From: Psammoneis japonica
Taxonomy: Eukaryota
DNA: 64,000 nucleotides
Direction: 5' to 3'
NCBI GenBank assembly: GCA_008632985.1
Contig: QPGO01000008.1
Coordinates: forward strand, 290,979 to 354,978
The notes beneath the pieces are model-generated. The model had not been told where the DNA came from and did no database searches. It saw nothing but the letters and a program-made list of their open reading frames with translations. The position numbers and the translations under genes are program-made. This document shows positions 1 to 13,748 of this stretch, one piece after another (the first letter of the stretch is position 1; every line of letters begins with the position of its first letter).

Positions 1-3000
1 CAGCAGGAGGAAGCAGGCAGTGAGAGACTTGGCCAGCCTCTGTGCTTCTCAGAGAGGACCTTGCTCATCTCAGAATCACACCACAGTGCTGTCTTCCAAC
101 CTTGGGTGTTGGCGCTTTTTGCACCCAAGCCTCTCCACAATTTTGGCATTTGCTGACATTTCACAGCCAACACATCATCCTTTGCTGTTCTTGCCTCAAA
201 CCTGGAGCCTGAAGAAGCAGTGAGAGGCGCAAGCCAGCCCAAAACAAAGAGATCCAGTGCTGAGGATCTGCACAATCTTGTCATTGGCCCGCACTTGTTC
301 TTTGATGAGCAAGAGCTGCCCTCTTTATGACTCAAATGATCAAGCCAACTTGAAAAGATTGTTGCGAATTTCAGCCCTGAGCCCATTTTTTGAGACCTCA
401 GCACTGACCAGTTCAGGACATCTTGCAAAGTTGCCCTTGCCAAGCAAAGTGTCAATGTCACAAGTGTGCTGATGTTGTGTGCAAGACCATGTGATGACAC
501 CTTGCAGGCCCATGGCAGTTGGCCTGAGCACCTTTTCTGCCATTGTGTGGTCTTGAAACAACAAAAGAAGAAGATTTTGCCCTGGCAAACTCAGCTCACT
601 TTCCATGTGTGTCAGTGCCATGCTGCTCATGTGGAAATGTGTGTGGAAGCATCTCTCCAAAAATGTTGTCATGCAGGTGTCCAAGAATGGTGCACAGAAA
701 GAATGCAGAGAGGAAATGAGCACATTTGGGGGCCCTGCTCCTCTTCCAGCACAAAACTCACATTTTGTGTGCAGAAATGCTGGCCTCTTGTGTGGTGCTG
801 CAATGACTTGATGTGACAACACACAAAGCAGCTTGCCTTTTGAGTGATGGCAAGGCAGGATGACAATGCAGCAATGACACAAGAAACAGAGCAGCAGCAG
901 TGGCAACTGGGTGAGTTGTGGCACTCAAAAGTAACCTCATGTTTGGGACAAATTTGTCCTCAAGAGCTATCTTCTTGTGTGCAAAGGCAGGTGCTGCAAC
1001 AGATTTGTGAACTCAAGAGAATTTGTTCACGCAAACCCAAATGCATTGTTTGAGCAACAGTTGTCAACTGTGGTCTCATCCAGATTTGTGCACATGCTCA
1101 TTGTTTTAACAAAACACTCTGTGGCTCTCTCGCACAAATGGTTTGGTGTGGCAGGAACAACATCTGCAGTTTTTTGACAAAAAGTGCTGGTGGCAACAGC
1201 TCCAACATCTGTTTGTGCTCCAAGCATCAGCTTTGGAGCTGGGGTTGGCACTTCTGTGGAACTGGGGTTGGCGCTTTTTTGTCTGACATGAAATGGTTTT
1301 TTTGCTGTCCATCTCTGCTCTCTGCTCCCCACTTTTTCAAAGAGGCGCCACCCATGGGTGAGCAGGAACAAAGCAGAAAGCTGCACTTTCTAAGCAGCAT
1401 TGGAGCCATGTTGCCAAAGAAGTGTCCAAGCCAACAGTTTCAACTGCACTGTCATCTCTGCCAAGCAAGCTCATTTGCTTGAGCAAAAGCCAATGTTTTG
1501 AGTTTGCATGAGTGCTGCTTTTCACAACATGAGCTCTGTGCACTGCATGCCAGCATCATCTCCTCTGCTTCTTTGTCAAGAGCATGTTGGAAATGGAGAT
1601 CAGTCTTGTGCATTGTGGATGTGATGGCTCAAGTGCAGACATTGTGCACTTAAGAGCAGAAAAAAGTTTTGAAGTTCAACAGATTCAGGGTTGCAAATGG
1701 CAACAACAAAGATGAAGAAACAGCTCACTGAAACACAAAGAAGTCAACCACACCAGAGTTGGAACAACACCCAGAATTGAGTGCTGCACACTCTGACAGC
1801 GCACTGATGACAAATGCAAACCAACTTCAGAGTGTGCAATGATTGTCATGGCTTCAGTGAATGCCAGCAGTGAGAGACTTTGCCAGTCTCTGGAATGTGC
1901 TCCAAGGGAACAACTCGCAGTGGTGGCTGCAGACACGGCAAGAGAAAAATGCCACACCTGGCTCACTGCTGAGCCTTGGTGACCTTTTTCCCGCAGCTTT
2001 CATTTTGTTTGTTTTTTGTTTCAAAGACATCATTGTGACCACAACAGTCAACCAAGTGCTCAAGTTTTGGTTGGCTTTGCCCCTCCAGCTTGACAGTGTG
2101 AGAAGAGAGCCAGTGGCATCTTTTTGTCAGATGGTTTTGCCCCACAGTTTTAGGGAAACTGAAACAAGGGAGCAATTTTTGTCAACTGCTCTGATGAACA
2201 TGGCATGTGTCTCATGAATGAGTCACCAGAGGGTTTTCACAGTTGCAAGTTGAAAAACAAGTTGCATGATTTGTCCGCACATGATTTCAGATTTCTCTTT
2301 GTTGTCTGATTTGAGTCTCAAACCAACTGGGTTTTGTTGGCTGCAATTGGCTGACCACCCTGGCAAGCTTGAGCCTTGGAACCATGTGCTGAAAGATTGC
2401 TCATTTGCCAAGCAACATTGGCAAGTTGGGGCAACCCAAATGCCGCCACAAGCTGGGGTCAGGAGCTGCTTGCAAGCAGCCTGCCAGAAACATCAGCAGG
2501 TCACTGCTTCCAACTTGACACACATGATGACACCTTCAACTGTGAACCTCCAAATCACCAACTTGTTTTGTCTGCACACCAACTTGCTGTCCAGCTCAAG
2601 TTGCTCCCTGTCTTCCCTTGTTCTTTGCTGCACTGCCATTTTGTGCTTCCTGCACAACCTTTTTGCCAACTTGCTGCAAACTTTTCCTCTCCTGCCCAGC
2701 CATCAACAGCTTCACCTTCTGATCTCTTTTCTCATTGCCTTCAAGAACCTCTGTTTCTTTGTCAGATCAGCAAGGCCCTTGCACTTTGCTTCTTGCATGG
2801 CAGGCGCCCCCTCCTCCAAGTCTCCCAGAAATCTGCATGTGGCTGCCATTGCTGGCCAGCAAGACTGCTAACAGGCATTTTGAGATCACACGCTGTTGTC
2901 CAAGAACCCTGGGTAAGAATCTGTGAATGAGTTAGTGTGCACTTTGAACCCAAGTGTCTCTCCTGCAAGAACTGTGGTTTTCGCTGACAGTGCATGTGAC

Positions 3001-4230
3001 CAACACACCCCCAAACAGCGCAAGCACAGTGAGGTCTGCTGAGGAACTCTGGTGTGCAATCTTCTTGTCACTGGAGACCACACTTAAGAAAACAAAAGCC
3101 ATTGCTTTTGCACAGCTCAAATGGCCAACTTGAAATGATGGTTGGTGCAAACTTTGACCCCAGTCCCATCATTTGTGAACACCACAGCATCTTCTTGGCA
3201 TTGACAAGCTCAGGAGACATGCAGAGTCAATTTCTTGCCTGGCAAAGCATCAACATTTTGTGTGCCACCATGTTGTGGTGACAATGACTGGCAGACCCAT
3301 GGTGGCAAACACTTCTTCTGCCATTTGTGTGATCACCAAACAACCAATGGTTGCCCAGGCACACTTGGTTCCATCATGTGTGTTGATGCCACCATGATGC
3401 TGCTCCTCATGTGGAGAGATGTTTCAAAGCATCCTAAAAAATGGTGTCATGCAGATGCAACACAGAGAATGAATGCACAGCAATGAGAGTGCATTTGGGC
3501 CCCACGTCTTCCAGCACAAAACTCACATTTTTTAAAATGTGGAGTGTCAACAGTTTCTGTCTTCAGCTGAAAAATGTCATCGTGGCAAGCAGGGGTGTGG
3601 AAAGATTGGGTGGCACTGCAATTGCTTGGCACAACAAAACAAAACAATTCATTTTGTGAGTGACTTCAGAGAGGAGACTGCCAGACTGTGATTTAAGAAT
3701 CTCTTCCTGGGGGCACTCACCAAGGAAAGCAGAGTTTGAGCACATGCTGGGAAAGAGTGTGCACTGCAGTCCCTGCCAAACTGGGAACTGGGAAGACAAC
3801 CATGATGAAATGACTCTTGGCCTGTTGACCAGGTCAGAGTCTGACCACCACCTTAATGCCCGGACCTCACTTGCCTTCTCTGCTCAAATTGAACCGTGTT
3901 GCCTCCTGCAACCTCTCTCCATGTCAAGAGAGATGGTCACACAACTGTTTGTTGTTTTGCAACAGAAAGCCAGGGCAGACAGCCAAAAGGATGACCCAAC
4001 TGGTGCCCCCCCCCCTTTTGGCTCAAGCCATTGCTGTCATCATGGTGGAGGTGGGGGGTCTGGAGCTCCAAGCTCTGCAAACAGACCTGTGCCACGAAAG
4101 TTCTTTGGAGTGGGAGCCAACGTCAAAGCCGCTCCCAGTCACACCTTTTGAACTGCACGCTTGTCCTTTATGTGAGAGATGTGACACGCTGGGAATCTGG
4201 AGGTGAGTTGAGGTCATGGGCTGCATTGAA
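1..4230. other. Degenerate repeat/relic DNA, strongly depleted in both TpA and CpG
   Basis: By eye only 2 TA and 4 CG in bases 1-960, with a large TG/CA excess. No credible intact ORF. Confidence 0.85.
410..790 (+). repeat. Diverged direct repeat, copy 1 (copy 2 at ~3205-3540)
   Basis: Identical 25-mer TCTTCCAGCACAAAACTCACATTTT at 742-766 and 3507-3531. Collinear shared words upstream: TTCTGCCATT, CTCATGTGGA, TGTCATGCAG. Confidence 0.7.
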
Positions 4231-4662
4231 AAATGAACGGATTGATGCGGGCACGCTGCGGATCACTTTGTCTTCATTGCAATCGGATTAGGGGAAGAGG
4301 GTGGCAACAAAGCAAACAATGTTGCATTGCACTGTCTGTGCAGGAGCAACAGCAGACATGATTTGAAGTGAAAAGGTTTGGGAAAGGAGACGAGTGCTGT
4401 TTGTGATTTGATTGTGACAAGCACCGACAGCACTTTGAGCTTTACACATCGACAGCCGCATCACCTATTATTTCAGCAATTTAGACTGCCGTTCATGTGA
4501 GTAGTAGTTTTTTTCTTATCAAACGTTCAGGGCTTGTTGACACTTGGCCTAAACGCCCGAGAACAACTACTACAGTGTCACACCACTCTGACGCCTTCTG
4601 AGAAAAACAAATCTAGAACCAACCAAAGACTCGCTGAGCGAGACTCCAATGCTGGCTAAGGT

Positions 4663-5406
4663 CTAAGGTTTGTCAGCTGCCAGTTCATCCAATACCATTA
4701 CGGTATTCGTAGAATCCTTTCCATCCTTTGACGTGAGATATGCCTTTGTCCTACAAGTCTTGAATCCCAGCTTGGAATAAAACGCAACGTTCCTATCTTC
4801 CTGCGTACTGAGAAAAATGCCCTGCCCCTTGGCCTTGATCCCTTCAATAGAGCTTCCTAAATACTTGGTTCCCACTCCTTTGCCTTGCCATTTGGGATTC
4901 ACCGCCATTCGTTCGAGCGACCACAACTTGGTCGTCGCTTGTGGCACGTTCTCTTGACTGCGACTTTGGAAAAACTGCGCATCCTCCTCGTCATGATAAT
5001 CCACAACCTCAAGCAGCCGCCGAAAGGCTTGCCATCCAAATCGAAAGGGAACTGTCAAGAGCCCATGGGATACCATATCCCACGTGCTAAACTTGACAGC
5101 GCCGGGTGGGTGCAAGACAAAGAAACAAACCATTTCTGCTACTTCTTGTGACGACGACGAATTGGAAAAGACGCATTTGCACATGGCACGACCGCCCTTT
5201 AGAAATATTTGCAAATTCCGCTCAAACATCCATGCGAGTGCTCCAAGTCGCTGAGTTTCAGTTAGAGCTTCAAACACGTAAAGATATGCCGGGGAGGAAG
5301 CGAAAGCAGATGCCAACAGTTCCGCCGCTTCCTGCACCCCGCTCTCCTTGAGGTCTTGGAGCTCGCTCAACGAGGATGAAACGTCATTGTTTGGAAGCTT
5401 TGTCAT
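4663..5406 (-). CDS. GNAT-family N-acetyltransferase
   Basis: Acetyl-CoA motif A LERMAVNPKWQGKGVG and C-terminal LSTQEDRNVAFYSKLGF. First in-frame ATG is 5406; the track start at 5565 is a GTG. Confidence 0.85.
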   Translation of the reverse strand: MTKLPNNDVSSSLSELQDLKESGVQEAAELLASAFASSPAYLYVFEALTETQRLGALAWMFERNLQIFLKGGRAMCKCVFSNSSSSQEVAEMVCFFVLHPPGAVKFSTWDMVSHGLLTVPFRFGWQAFRRLLEVVDYHDEEDAQFFQSRSQENVPQATTKLWSLERMAVNPKWQGKGVGTKYLGSSIEGIKAKGQGIFLSTQEDRNVAFYSKLGFKTCRTKAYLTSKDGKDSTNTVMVLDELAADKP

Positions 5407-5971
5407 TTTCAGTAGCACGTTCTTCTTGTACAGCGACAGCGACAGTGCATTTTCGTACAGTACAATGCCCGGCTCGAGTGAAGTTATCTCATCATCGTGG
5501 AACTGACTGGCACTGTTCCTGTTGCTTCCTTTCGTCGGAGTCCGTCGGCGTACCGGTACGCTCACTCGGTCACTTGGATCTTGAAGAATCTTTCAATTAT
5601 CAACATCTTCGATATTTATAAATATAAATATGACGTGGATTAAATCACGACTGAAACGCGACCATCAGCCTGATGTGCGTTGTGCGAGCAATGACGAGGA
5701 TCAGTTGTTGCAATTGCATGCACGTCCGTTTGATACATCATCGCATCACATTGCCTGCTTGCTTTTTATTGTATCGTTGTTATTACTTCTCTCTTTTGAA
5801 ATTGCATAGCCAGAGTTGTTTCTAAGCGGTCAAATATTGAAAGTATCATTCAAATCACATGGCGCCTCAAGAAAGAGCCCCGAGTGAAATCACGTCGCTC
5901 GTTGAAGAAGCGAGCGATCGGCGTTCTCCGACGAAACACAACAGCAACACCAATGGCAATAGGTGTTTCAG

Positions 5972-7379
5972 ATGGAAGCGGTAGTCCTTGTCATTTCTGT
6001 ATTCCTAGCTGCGGCGAAAAGCAACAACCGAAAGAACCTGCGTCTCGGTGATGAGGCTCTTTCGACTGGCTCCAAGTACAAACGTGTGCAAGGCCTTGGC
6101 TTTCAAATCTACACGGGTGGAGCTCCTGCCTTTCTCGAATCAAACAATCATTCCAAGGAACTCAATCCCGAATGTGTGGACGAGCTTCTACGGACAAGTT
6201 GTGGGCGAGGAACATCCCCTTCTTCAGTGCTACATTGGCGAAGATGACCCAGCTCTCGATGTGCAAAAGCGTGTGGAAATTATGAAGGACGCTGTAGAAA
6301 AAGCCTATCAAGCTGCAGATAACGATGACAAGGAAACGCTGAAACTATTCATTGCGCCCGAATTTTATTGGCGAGGAGTCAGGGGCGCCTATCTCTTTGA
6401 AGAAGAAGCTCCCGGCGATCCTCGTGTCTGTGGACCAGTTTGTCTCATTCTTCAACAGCTGGAGGAATTTGTGGCTCAGAAACGTTTTGAAGACTGGGTC
6501 TTTGTCTTTGGAACAGTGGTTGCTGAAGAAGCTCTTGCAAAACAAGATCCCTACGACTATCTGTTTTACAACTTTGCCATCTTGTACAAGGGGTATGACC
6601 CGGCCAAGACGAATCATCACGGAAAACGATTTCTAGTCCCAAAACGCTACGTTTCCAGCAGCGACTTCTTGACGCCTCAGAGGCACTTGGACTCATCTAA
6701 AATGAAGGAGCTTATTGGTGAACAACTTCCTGCACACGATGATACCGTTTACAATCCTCATGATTTTGATCGCCGACGATACGATTATGCGGTTTGGGAG
6801 GAGTACAAGGACGAGCTCAACGAACTGGGCTACGCAATGATTGAATACGACTGGGTCATGGTGGATGGACTTTCCATGACGATTGAGATTTGCTTTGATC
6901 ATCAAATGCGTACCGCATTGAACTCGTACACGGGTGACATTATTACCGGACAACGGACTCTCATACCAAGTTCTTCCGACCAGGGACTGGCGTATGTTCA
7001 CATTCCTCGTTACCAAGCTCAGATTTCCATTGTTGCAAGTGCAGGAATGACGGTGTCGCCCGAGTCGTTGGCTTTAACCAACAACGGAACCATCTTTTTA
7101 CAAGATGGTCTGTACAATGACACGAATCGTATGTTGTGGAACGACGACGGATGTGATGTCGGGCTCGAGTTTGAGGGAGGGACCGAGGCGGTGCAGCGAC
7201 AAGCCTACTTGTCTGCAACCGATGTCATTTTCGAGCACCGGACGCTTGATACTGCACGGCGATTTGGCTTGTATGAGAATTGGGAACAGAAGCTCAATGG
7301 CTCGTTTTCAGCCAAGATGTACCCGCCGCAGGTTGTCGTCTTTGATGCTGTCGATATCGCAAAGGTGATATCACCTTAG
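5972..7379 (+). CDS. Putative secreted nitrilase/carbon-nitrogen hydrolase-fold protein, with a frameshift near 6175-6181
   Basis: Hydrophobic N-terminus MEAVVLVISVFLAAA in ORF 5963-6247 appears to continue into ORF 6048-7379 at NPEC/TSFYGQ. Motifs LFIAPEF, YNFA, VPKRY and IEICFDH match the order of the Glu-Lys-Cys triad. Confidence 0.65.
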
Positions 7380-7824
7380 AATAGACTACAGATCAACAAT
7401 AGCGCATGGAATAAAATTGCAGTGGGTTTCTGCTACCGGTATAGATGCAGGCTAGTGTGAATGCTCACTGAAGCTTCTGTAATCTTTCTTGCGCATCTAC
7501 CATTCAATATCCTCAAGCTACCGTAGCCACAAATGCGGCAAATTCCGTTGAACGATCCGAACGATCAGACGAACTTATTCCATGTTCGATCCCCATCATA
7601 ATAAAGATTTTGCTTCGTTTGGTACTACAATTATAGTGCTACGGCCAACTGGAAGGTACAGCTGCGCAGGGATAAAGCGCAACAAAGAATGGAACTTGTC
7701 TGCATACGCCTGAAGAACTCATAGCTCTGTTGCACCCTCGTACTCCCATGAAATACCGAGAACACGAGAAGCTTTTGCATCAACAAGCATATTTCATACT
7801 TCATACGCATGATTCGGACCATGC

Positions 7825-8115
7825 TTAACGGATTCGCCTTCCTCCTTTGCGCGCCTTTCCACCTCCACTCCTCTTGTTGCTTGGATCTCCGTCTTCGCTG
7901 CTAGACATACTCATGGACATCAACCACCTATGAAAATCATTGGTTTCGTCTGTAAAGACAAGGTTCTCGAGGACAAAGTTAGTTTCTTCTGCAACCACCT
8001 CGTCCTTATGCTTCTCTTCGGCATGTCTTCGAATACGATGCTGAGAACCATTGACAGAAATCAAGGACGCGACGATCAACGCAACAGACGCTTGTACACA
8101 TCGATTGACCATCAT
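7825..8115 (-). CDS. Small secreted protein with RXL motif and SMSMS / Gly-Lys-Arg-rich tail
   Basis: Signal-peptide-like N-terminus, acidic pro-region, then RWL-MSMSMSSS and a basic GGGKARKGGRR end. Normal base composition. Confidence 0.7.
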   Translation of the reverse strand: MMVNRCVQASVALIVASLISVNGSQHRIRRHAEEKHKDEVVAEETNFVLENLVFTDETNDFHRWLMSMSMSSSEDGDPSNKRSGGGKARKGGRRIR

Positions 8116-8505
8116 GTTGATGTGTTTCTGACCAACAGGGCCAAGAATTGTGGCCGCGGAGAATGTTGGGGGTTTTCGATTGATGGCGGTTGCAATTTGT
8201 GAGCTACTAAATTCAAAATAATCGGATCTGCACTAAATAATAAATATTTGGTGTTCGCAACGACTTATGGTGAATCGTGTCAATCGCGCGAACTGAGCTA
8301 TTTGAAAGTATCAAAATTATTAGATATTGTATATTTTATTAATCTTTTGAACTCACCAAAAAATTCGTTGGTCGCGTACACGACTGCACCTCAACGGTCA
8401 AAGCTGAGTCGATTTAGTCATTTGCTCGCCTGTCTGCGTTGCGTGCTCCAACCTGAAACCTGACATCCAACCTCCATCTATCCAACAGCAAACAAAATAC
8501 ACAAA

Positions 8506-10740
8506 ATGACAGGAGTTGCGGTGCTGGTAGAAGCTGCTATTGGCCATTGGAAACTTGTGACCGAGAAGATGACACAGTGGGTCGTCTCATTGCGCTGCAC
8601 TGTGCGCGCGAGACGCCTCCGTCGTTCCACTGCAGAGCTGGGCAACGAGGTTTTCAGAGATGCCGGTGCGAGAGTTGCAAATCCCTTTTTAACACCAGAC
8701 TTTTTGAGCTCATGCGATCAGGTCTGTTTTCATGATGTGCTGAAGGATGAGAGCGGTGGGTCCCCCTGTGCAATCGCTGGCCAGCAAAATGACAGACCGG
8801 CTGTGGATCTCAGCGCGGTGGCTTCCAGTGCTGAACTGCCGCTTGGGCATCCTGTGAGGTGGGATGGACTTTCGGCTTGCAGCACACTGCTGCACACCGC
8901 ACACGAGTGCTTCGTCCTTGGTCCTGCACCGGTTTTGATGGAGTTGTGCTCAGAGCGAGAAGAAGCTTCCGCTTGTCCCATCAAAAGCGTGACGAGAGAT
9001 CTTGCCTCATAAATGGGGAGTGGCTGGGCAATGCGCTGCATCAGAAAGGCTTCAGAAGTGTTGTTCATGTTCTCAGCTCGAGAGAGACTGAGTTGCCAAT
9101 TTTGGCAGATGCATCGGAAGAGCCAGGCATGAACAACGGTGAATGCATGTGGGTGTTCATTTGCAACACTTCACTCATTTGAGAATGAGGCTTCACTTGC
9201 TGCTGCCAACATGAGAGAGTTGCTTCGTGGTTCTGTTGTGTTTTCGCGATTTGAACGGATCCACTTTTGATCCTGAGAATTAGCTAGATTTCCAAAATCG
9301 GGGTGTGGAGGGCAACAAAATGAATCTTTGGTTGCACAAGTGAGCTCCCAATCATGAAAGGTTCCCAAACATTTTTACTCTGAGAAAGATCATTTCCAGA
9401 CCCAACAATCCTTTGGCCGATTCTGGTTGTGCACAATGTCGTAATGTCCAGTGGTGTGGGGCTGTGCTTCGGAAATGTTGCTGATGATGAAACAAAGATT
9501 TCTGGCAGATCCCACGACAATGGCTTGCAATTGGTCAAGTTCGATGGAGCAACCGGGCACATGACATCTTTGGAGGAAATGAATTGGATGTTCATGCAGC
9601 CAGGTCTATCTGAGTCTAGAATGTGATGCCAGCGACAGGCAAGCGAATGCTGCACAACCACACTTGTTTTTGCTCAATGGCTGCTGTTTGACCATCTCTG
9701 ACCGCCGTTTACGTCTGCGAAATTCACACTCATTTTGTCCATGTTGAAGTCGAGAAAGCAATGGCGATTAGACTGAGGTTGCCCCACTTGCTTGTTTGTG
9801 CAAATGGCAGATGCTGTTGCGCGATGTTCCAGAACAAAACCACACTGCTTTGCAAGAGGAGTTAGAACATCTGGCCTCACCTTCGTGGAAATTGCTCGAT
9901 TTGTCACATTTTCATTTTTTGTCTGGGTTTTTCTGTGTCGGAAATCCTCGATCGTGGTGGCATTGCAACCCGTTCTTTTTTTGTGTTTGCCAGCTTCGGA
10001 ATGTTTGTTCAGACGCTGGCAATTCTGGTGATGTCGTACGACGAAACCTGTGGTGGGATGCAGAAACTTTGGGAAAGGCCAGCACAATAGAATGGCTTGG
10101 CTTTTGATCATGGAGCACGCCAAAATTACAGACCGCTGTTTACAAAGGTACAATGAAGCACATTCGTGCAATGCAGCGTGTTGTTGGAAACATCTTACGA
10201 TGTGTTTTTGTCTCTTTCTTGGCTCTGGTGAATCCACAAGTGCTTCAGTTTCAAATGACCCGAGTGCAGTGAAGGCATGTTGTCTGGCCATCCATCGCAA
10301 TGCATTGTCAGCTGACTGTCATCTTGCTGTCGGCATGGACTGTCATGACTGTCATGGGTGGTTTGCACTGGGATCACCATGACAGATGACTTGGTGGGGG
10401 AGTCGACTGGTCAGTGCCACCCCACGAGAAAGTCTGGGAATGACGTTCCCCTCTTGATTCTTGTTGCCACCCCCACTGCCTCACGGCACTGCACATGGCA
10501 TGGAAAACCAAAGATGTGGAGCAAGTGTTCGGAGTCCACTTGGATTTTTGCTCACAGACAAGGCACATCACACATGTTTCATTTGTTGTGGTGTTTGCCG
10601 TGTCAAACATGTGCTTGATCATTGGGCCACAAGGTGCACAACCCAATTTTTTGAAGAATCCCGGTCCTCAGGAACAAGAGGCAACAGCACAGGATGTGTC
10701 CACGCAGCAGCAGCCGCAGTCAAGACATGCTGAAATCTTT
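8506..10740 (+). pseudogene. Class C (GABA-B-like) GPCR pseudogene: periplasmic-binding-type ectodomain plus 7tm_3
   Basis: Frameshifted fragments in the expected order: GMNNGECMWVF, FDGATG, WVFLCRKSSIVVALQPVLF, LFTKV, GESTGQC, AWKTKDV...SESTWIF, LIIGP. Many stops, and Tyr->Cys changes. Confidence 0.7.
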
Positions 10741-11489
10741 GGATGGTGATTGGTGTGATGTGGAAACCCACCGTCCCTTGGATCCGAATGCGTCATCATC
10801 TCTTTGCAACAGAGCTTCGTCCTTTTGTGCCCGCGGTTGGTTGGATGCAAGATCTTGAACGCCGGGCTCATGTGGAACACTCGTTGTTGGATGGTTGGGG
10901 GAAGAGCCGAGGCGAACGCTCTGTCTGGATGATGTTTGTAGACTCAGCAAAAACTCTTCTGAGTTCTCTCTCCATCTCTGTTGGAACAGATTCGAATCTG
11001 TCTTGTTCAGTGTTCTTGCAAAATCGCTCTGGGCGTTGCTTCACCTCTGCTGTAGAGCAGTTCACCTCATCACCGACACTTTTGGGGCCTGCCACAGCCA
11101 GAGAGGTGCAATTCCTGGTTGCTCCAAGGTCTGGTGGCATGCCAGTGCATTCGCACAAAAGACAAACCAACGCATCGGAGTCGAAGGATTCAAATGTTCG
11201 ATTGCGATCATGCCTGATGATTGTCATTTGTGTGTTGCGTGTTCAGTGTTGCTTGTCCAGTGATGCCATTTCTGTTGTGTCGTTGAAGTTGTTCACAACA
11301 CTCCTGTGACACCACATTGTCCAGGAAGAGACAGGCAAAAGCTTGTCAACCACATCATTCCCAATCTTTTTCCTGGCCGCCACTCTTTTTGTTGCCCCGT
11401 CTGATTGCTGCTCGTGCTGTCATCAAATGCAGTGATCTTGGCATGATTGGCTCGAAATGGCAGAGATTCTCATCCGATGGCTCGTCGGA

Positions 11490-12910
11490 GCAGTGCGTTG
11501 GATGTTGGATCCCTTGATCAGGGGTGCCATGCTCTGTTTGACTGGGTTCCAAATGCAGTGGTGGCTTCTCTGAGCGAGCGCAAACTGTGTTGTCCTCAGT
11601 CCGCATGGGTCGAACACGAAGTCTCCAAGATCTGGGACATTTCTGCTTGGTGCATTTTGGATGCACTCATCAAAGCAAACATTGCAAGCAGTTCAGTTGC
11701 ATCCATTGGGATTGCAAATCAGAGGGAGATGACCGTCGCATGGGACAAGGATTCAGGAGAGCTGCTGTGTCCGGCTGATTTGGAATTGTGATGGACCACC
11801 CGCGGGACTTGTTGCTCACTGATGCAAGACACTTTCCAAGTGGGGCTTCCCATTTCTACACCTTTTCAGTGACCGAATTGTGTTGGATGTTTGACAATGT
11901 GGACAGATCAGAGGCCAACGCACGTGTTGGACAAGCGCTTTTTGGGACAACTGATGCTTGGCTCTTGCACAAGCTCACAGAAAGCATGTGACAGATGTGA
12001 CGAATGCGGCGAAGACTTTGCTTGCAGCTTGATGACACTCCATTGGGGCGTCAGCTTCTTGACACTGTTTGATGTTCCCAGATCCATGCTGCCAGCCAAT
12101 GATCCCTCCGTTGGCGGTGACTTTGGGACTGCAGGGTCGTGTCCAGAGTTGAACATGCTGCAATGCTTTGTCAAGTGTGCACTCAAGTGGGAGAAGCCAA
12201 GGCTGCTCGGTCATTCCCAACTGGGGTCTTTCTCTTGGCAAATGTGGGCGCTCAGGAGAAAAGGCAAATTTCACAACGTGGACTCCTTGTGACTCTCTTT
12301 GACCAAATGAAGGGAGAACCGCCAGTCTTTGCTCAAAAGGTGCTTTGCCATGGCAGCATCTGTCGTTCAATGACTCAGCGATGATTTGCAGTTCGGTGAC
12401 AGTGCCAAAGACATTGCAGATTTGGCATCTTCCACCTGTGGCGCTGGCGGGGTGATGTTTGTCGTCACCTTTGCTGGCTTGCTGGCTCCACACTGGGAGG
12501 AGAGAGTGTGTGGAATGATTGCTGGACTCACTGCCTGTCACACCAAGGCACATGTTGTGAGAGCAGCAATCAAGGCGGCAGCATTTCAGTGCTCCAGCGC
12601 ATTTGACACCACTGACTCAAGAGCCCCTGTTTCAGAACTTGGTGCAGATGGTGGAATGGCTGAGAAATCTGATTTTGCACATTTCTCGGCCAACACATTG
12701 GGAGCCAGTGTCCTTCGCCAAAGCAGTCTCGAAACTGCCAACGCTGAAGCCGCGTGTGCCTCGGGTTTGTCAGTGGGTGTCTGGGACTCATTAGATGACA
12801 TCAAGGAACTTTGGGGAGAGGCCTGCACCTTTTCTCCTGACATGTTGGATGACACTCGAAAGGAGCTCAAGCATTCATGGGGCAAGGCAATTGACCTGTC
12901 ATTGGGTGGA
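11490..12910 (+). pseudogene. glpK: Glycerol kinase pseudogene
   Basis: LDQG, CPQSAWVEH, IGIANQREMTVAWDK, LFGTTDAWLLHKLT, FAGLLAPHW, TKAHVVRAA, DGGM and AACASGLSVGVW are collinear with glycerol kinase. Frameshifts and stops present. Confidence 0.9.
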
Positions 12911-13748
12911 CAAACCACACGAGTCCAATTGGGGTCTTTGGACACATGCGAGCAATTTCTAGGTTGTGTTGTTGTTGTGGTGTGAATGGTCAACCACTCC
13001 ATCCAATTGAGGATGGTGCACCTGCCCATTCTTCTGACAGACTCTGTCAAAACAAAGTGTTCTGGTGACACCCCATCCAACAAGATGCAAAAGCGTGACA
13101 CATTGCGAAAATCTCATGCATGCCGCAATCCTTGCGTTTGACGTGACGATGGAGCGCGAGGACCGAGAACATGCCACAACTGCCATCACAGTCATTGACG
13201 TACGTGCGGGATGAAAAACACGCCAATGAAGACTGCTTCACTGTGCTTTTGGCATTTCTGCTTCTGTTGTAAAGGTTCAAAGCGTGTTTCAACAAAATTG
13301 AGACACAAATCGGTCGCGCAGGGTAATTTTGCCTCAAGAGCACCATCAAAAGATGGCACTCAAGCTTTTTCGCATCTTCAGAGTGAAATCTCACCCCAAA
13401 AAAAGAAAAAGGGGGGGCATGACATGGAGACAACAAGAAAACTTGCAAGTCAACCGCTTGCCAAGCCATTTCACTCCCTGCGAGTGAAGGCTCACCGTGC
13501 ACCATGTCACCAGCATGGCAAAACCCCAATTCAGCATTCCATCAATGGTGTGATCTGCTCGGCGAGCTCTTGCTGCTTTGCAGATGAACACTTGCTGTCT
13601 CTTTCAACAGCCGTGGTCTTGACTGACCAAGTGAATGGGCAACTTCCTGCGCTCAAAGGCATGAGAGTGACATGGGCTCAAGGCCGGAGAGATGCGCTCG
13701 ATTTGCCCCGACCTCCGGACTTAACTGGCAACACCTGCACTGCCATTT

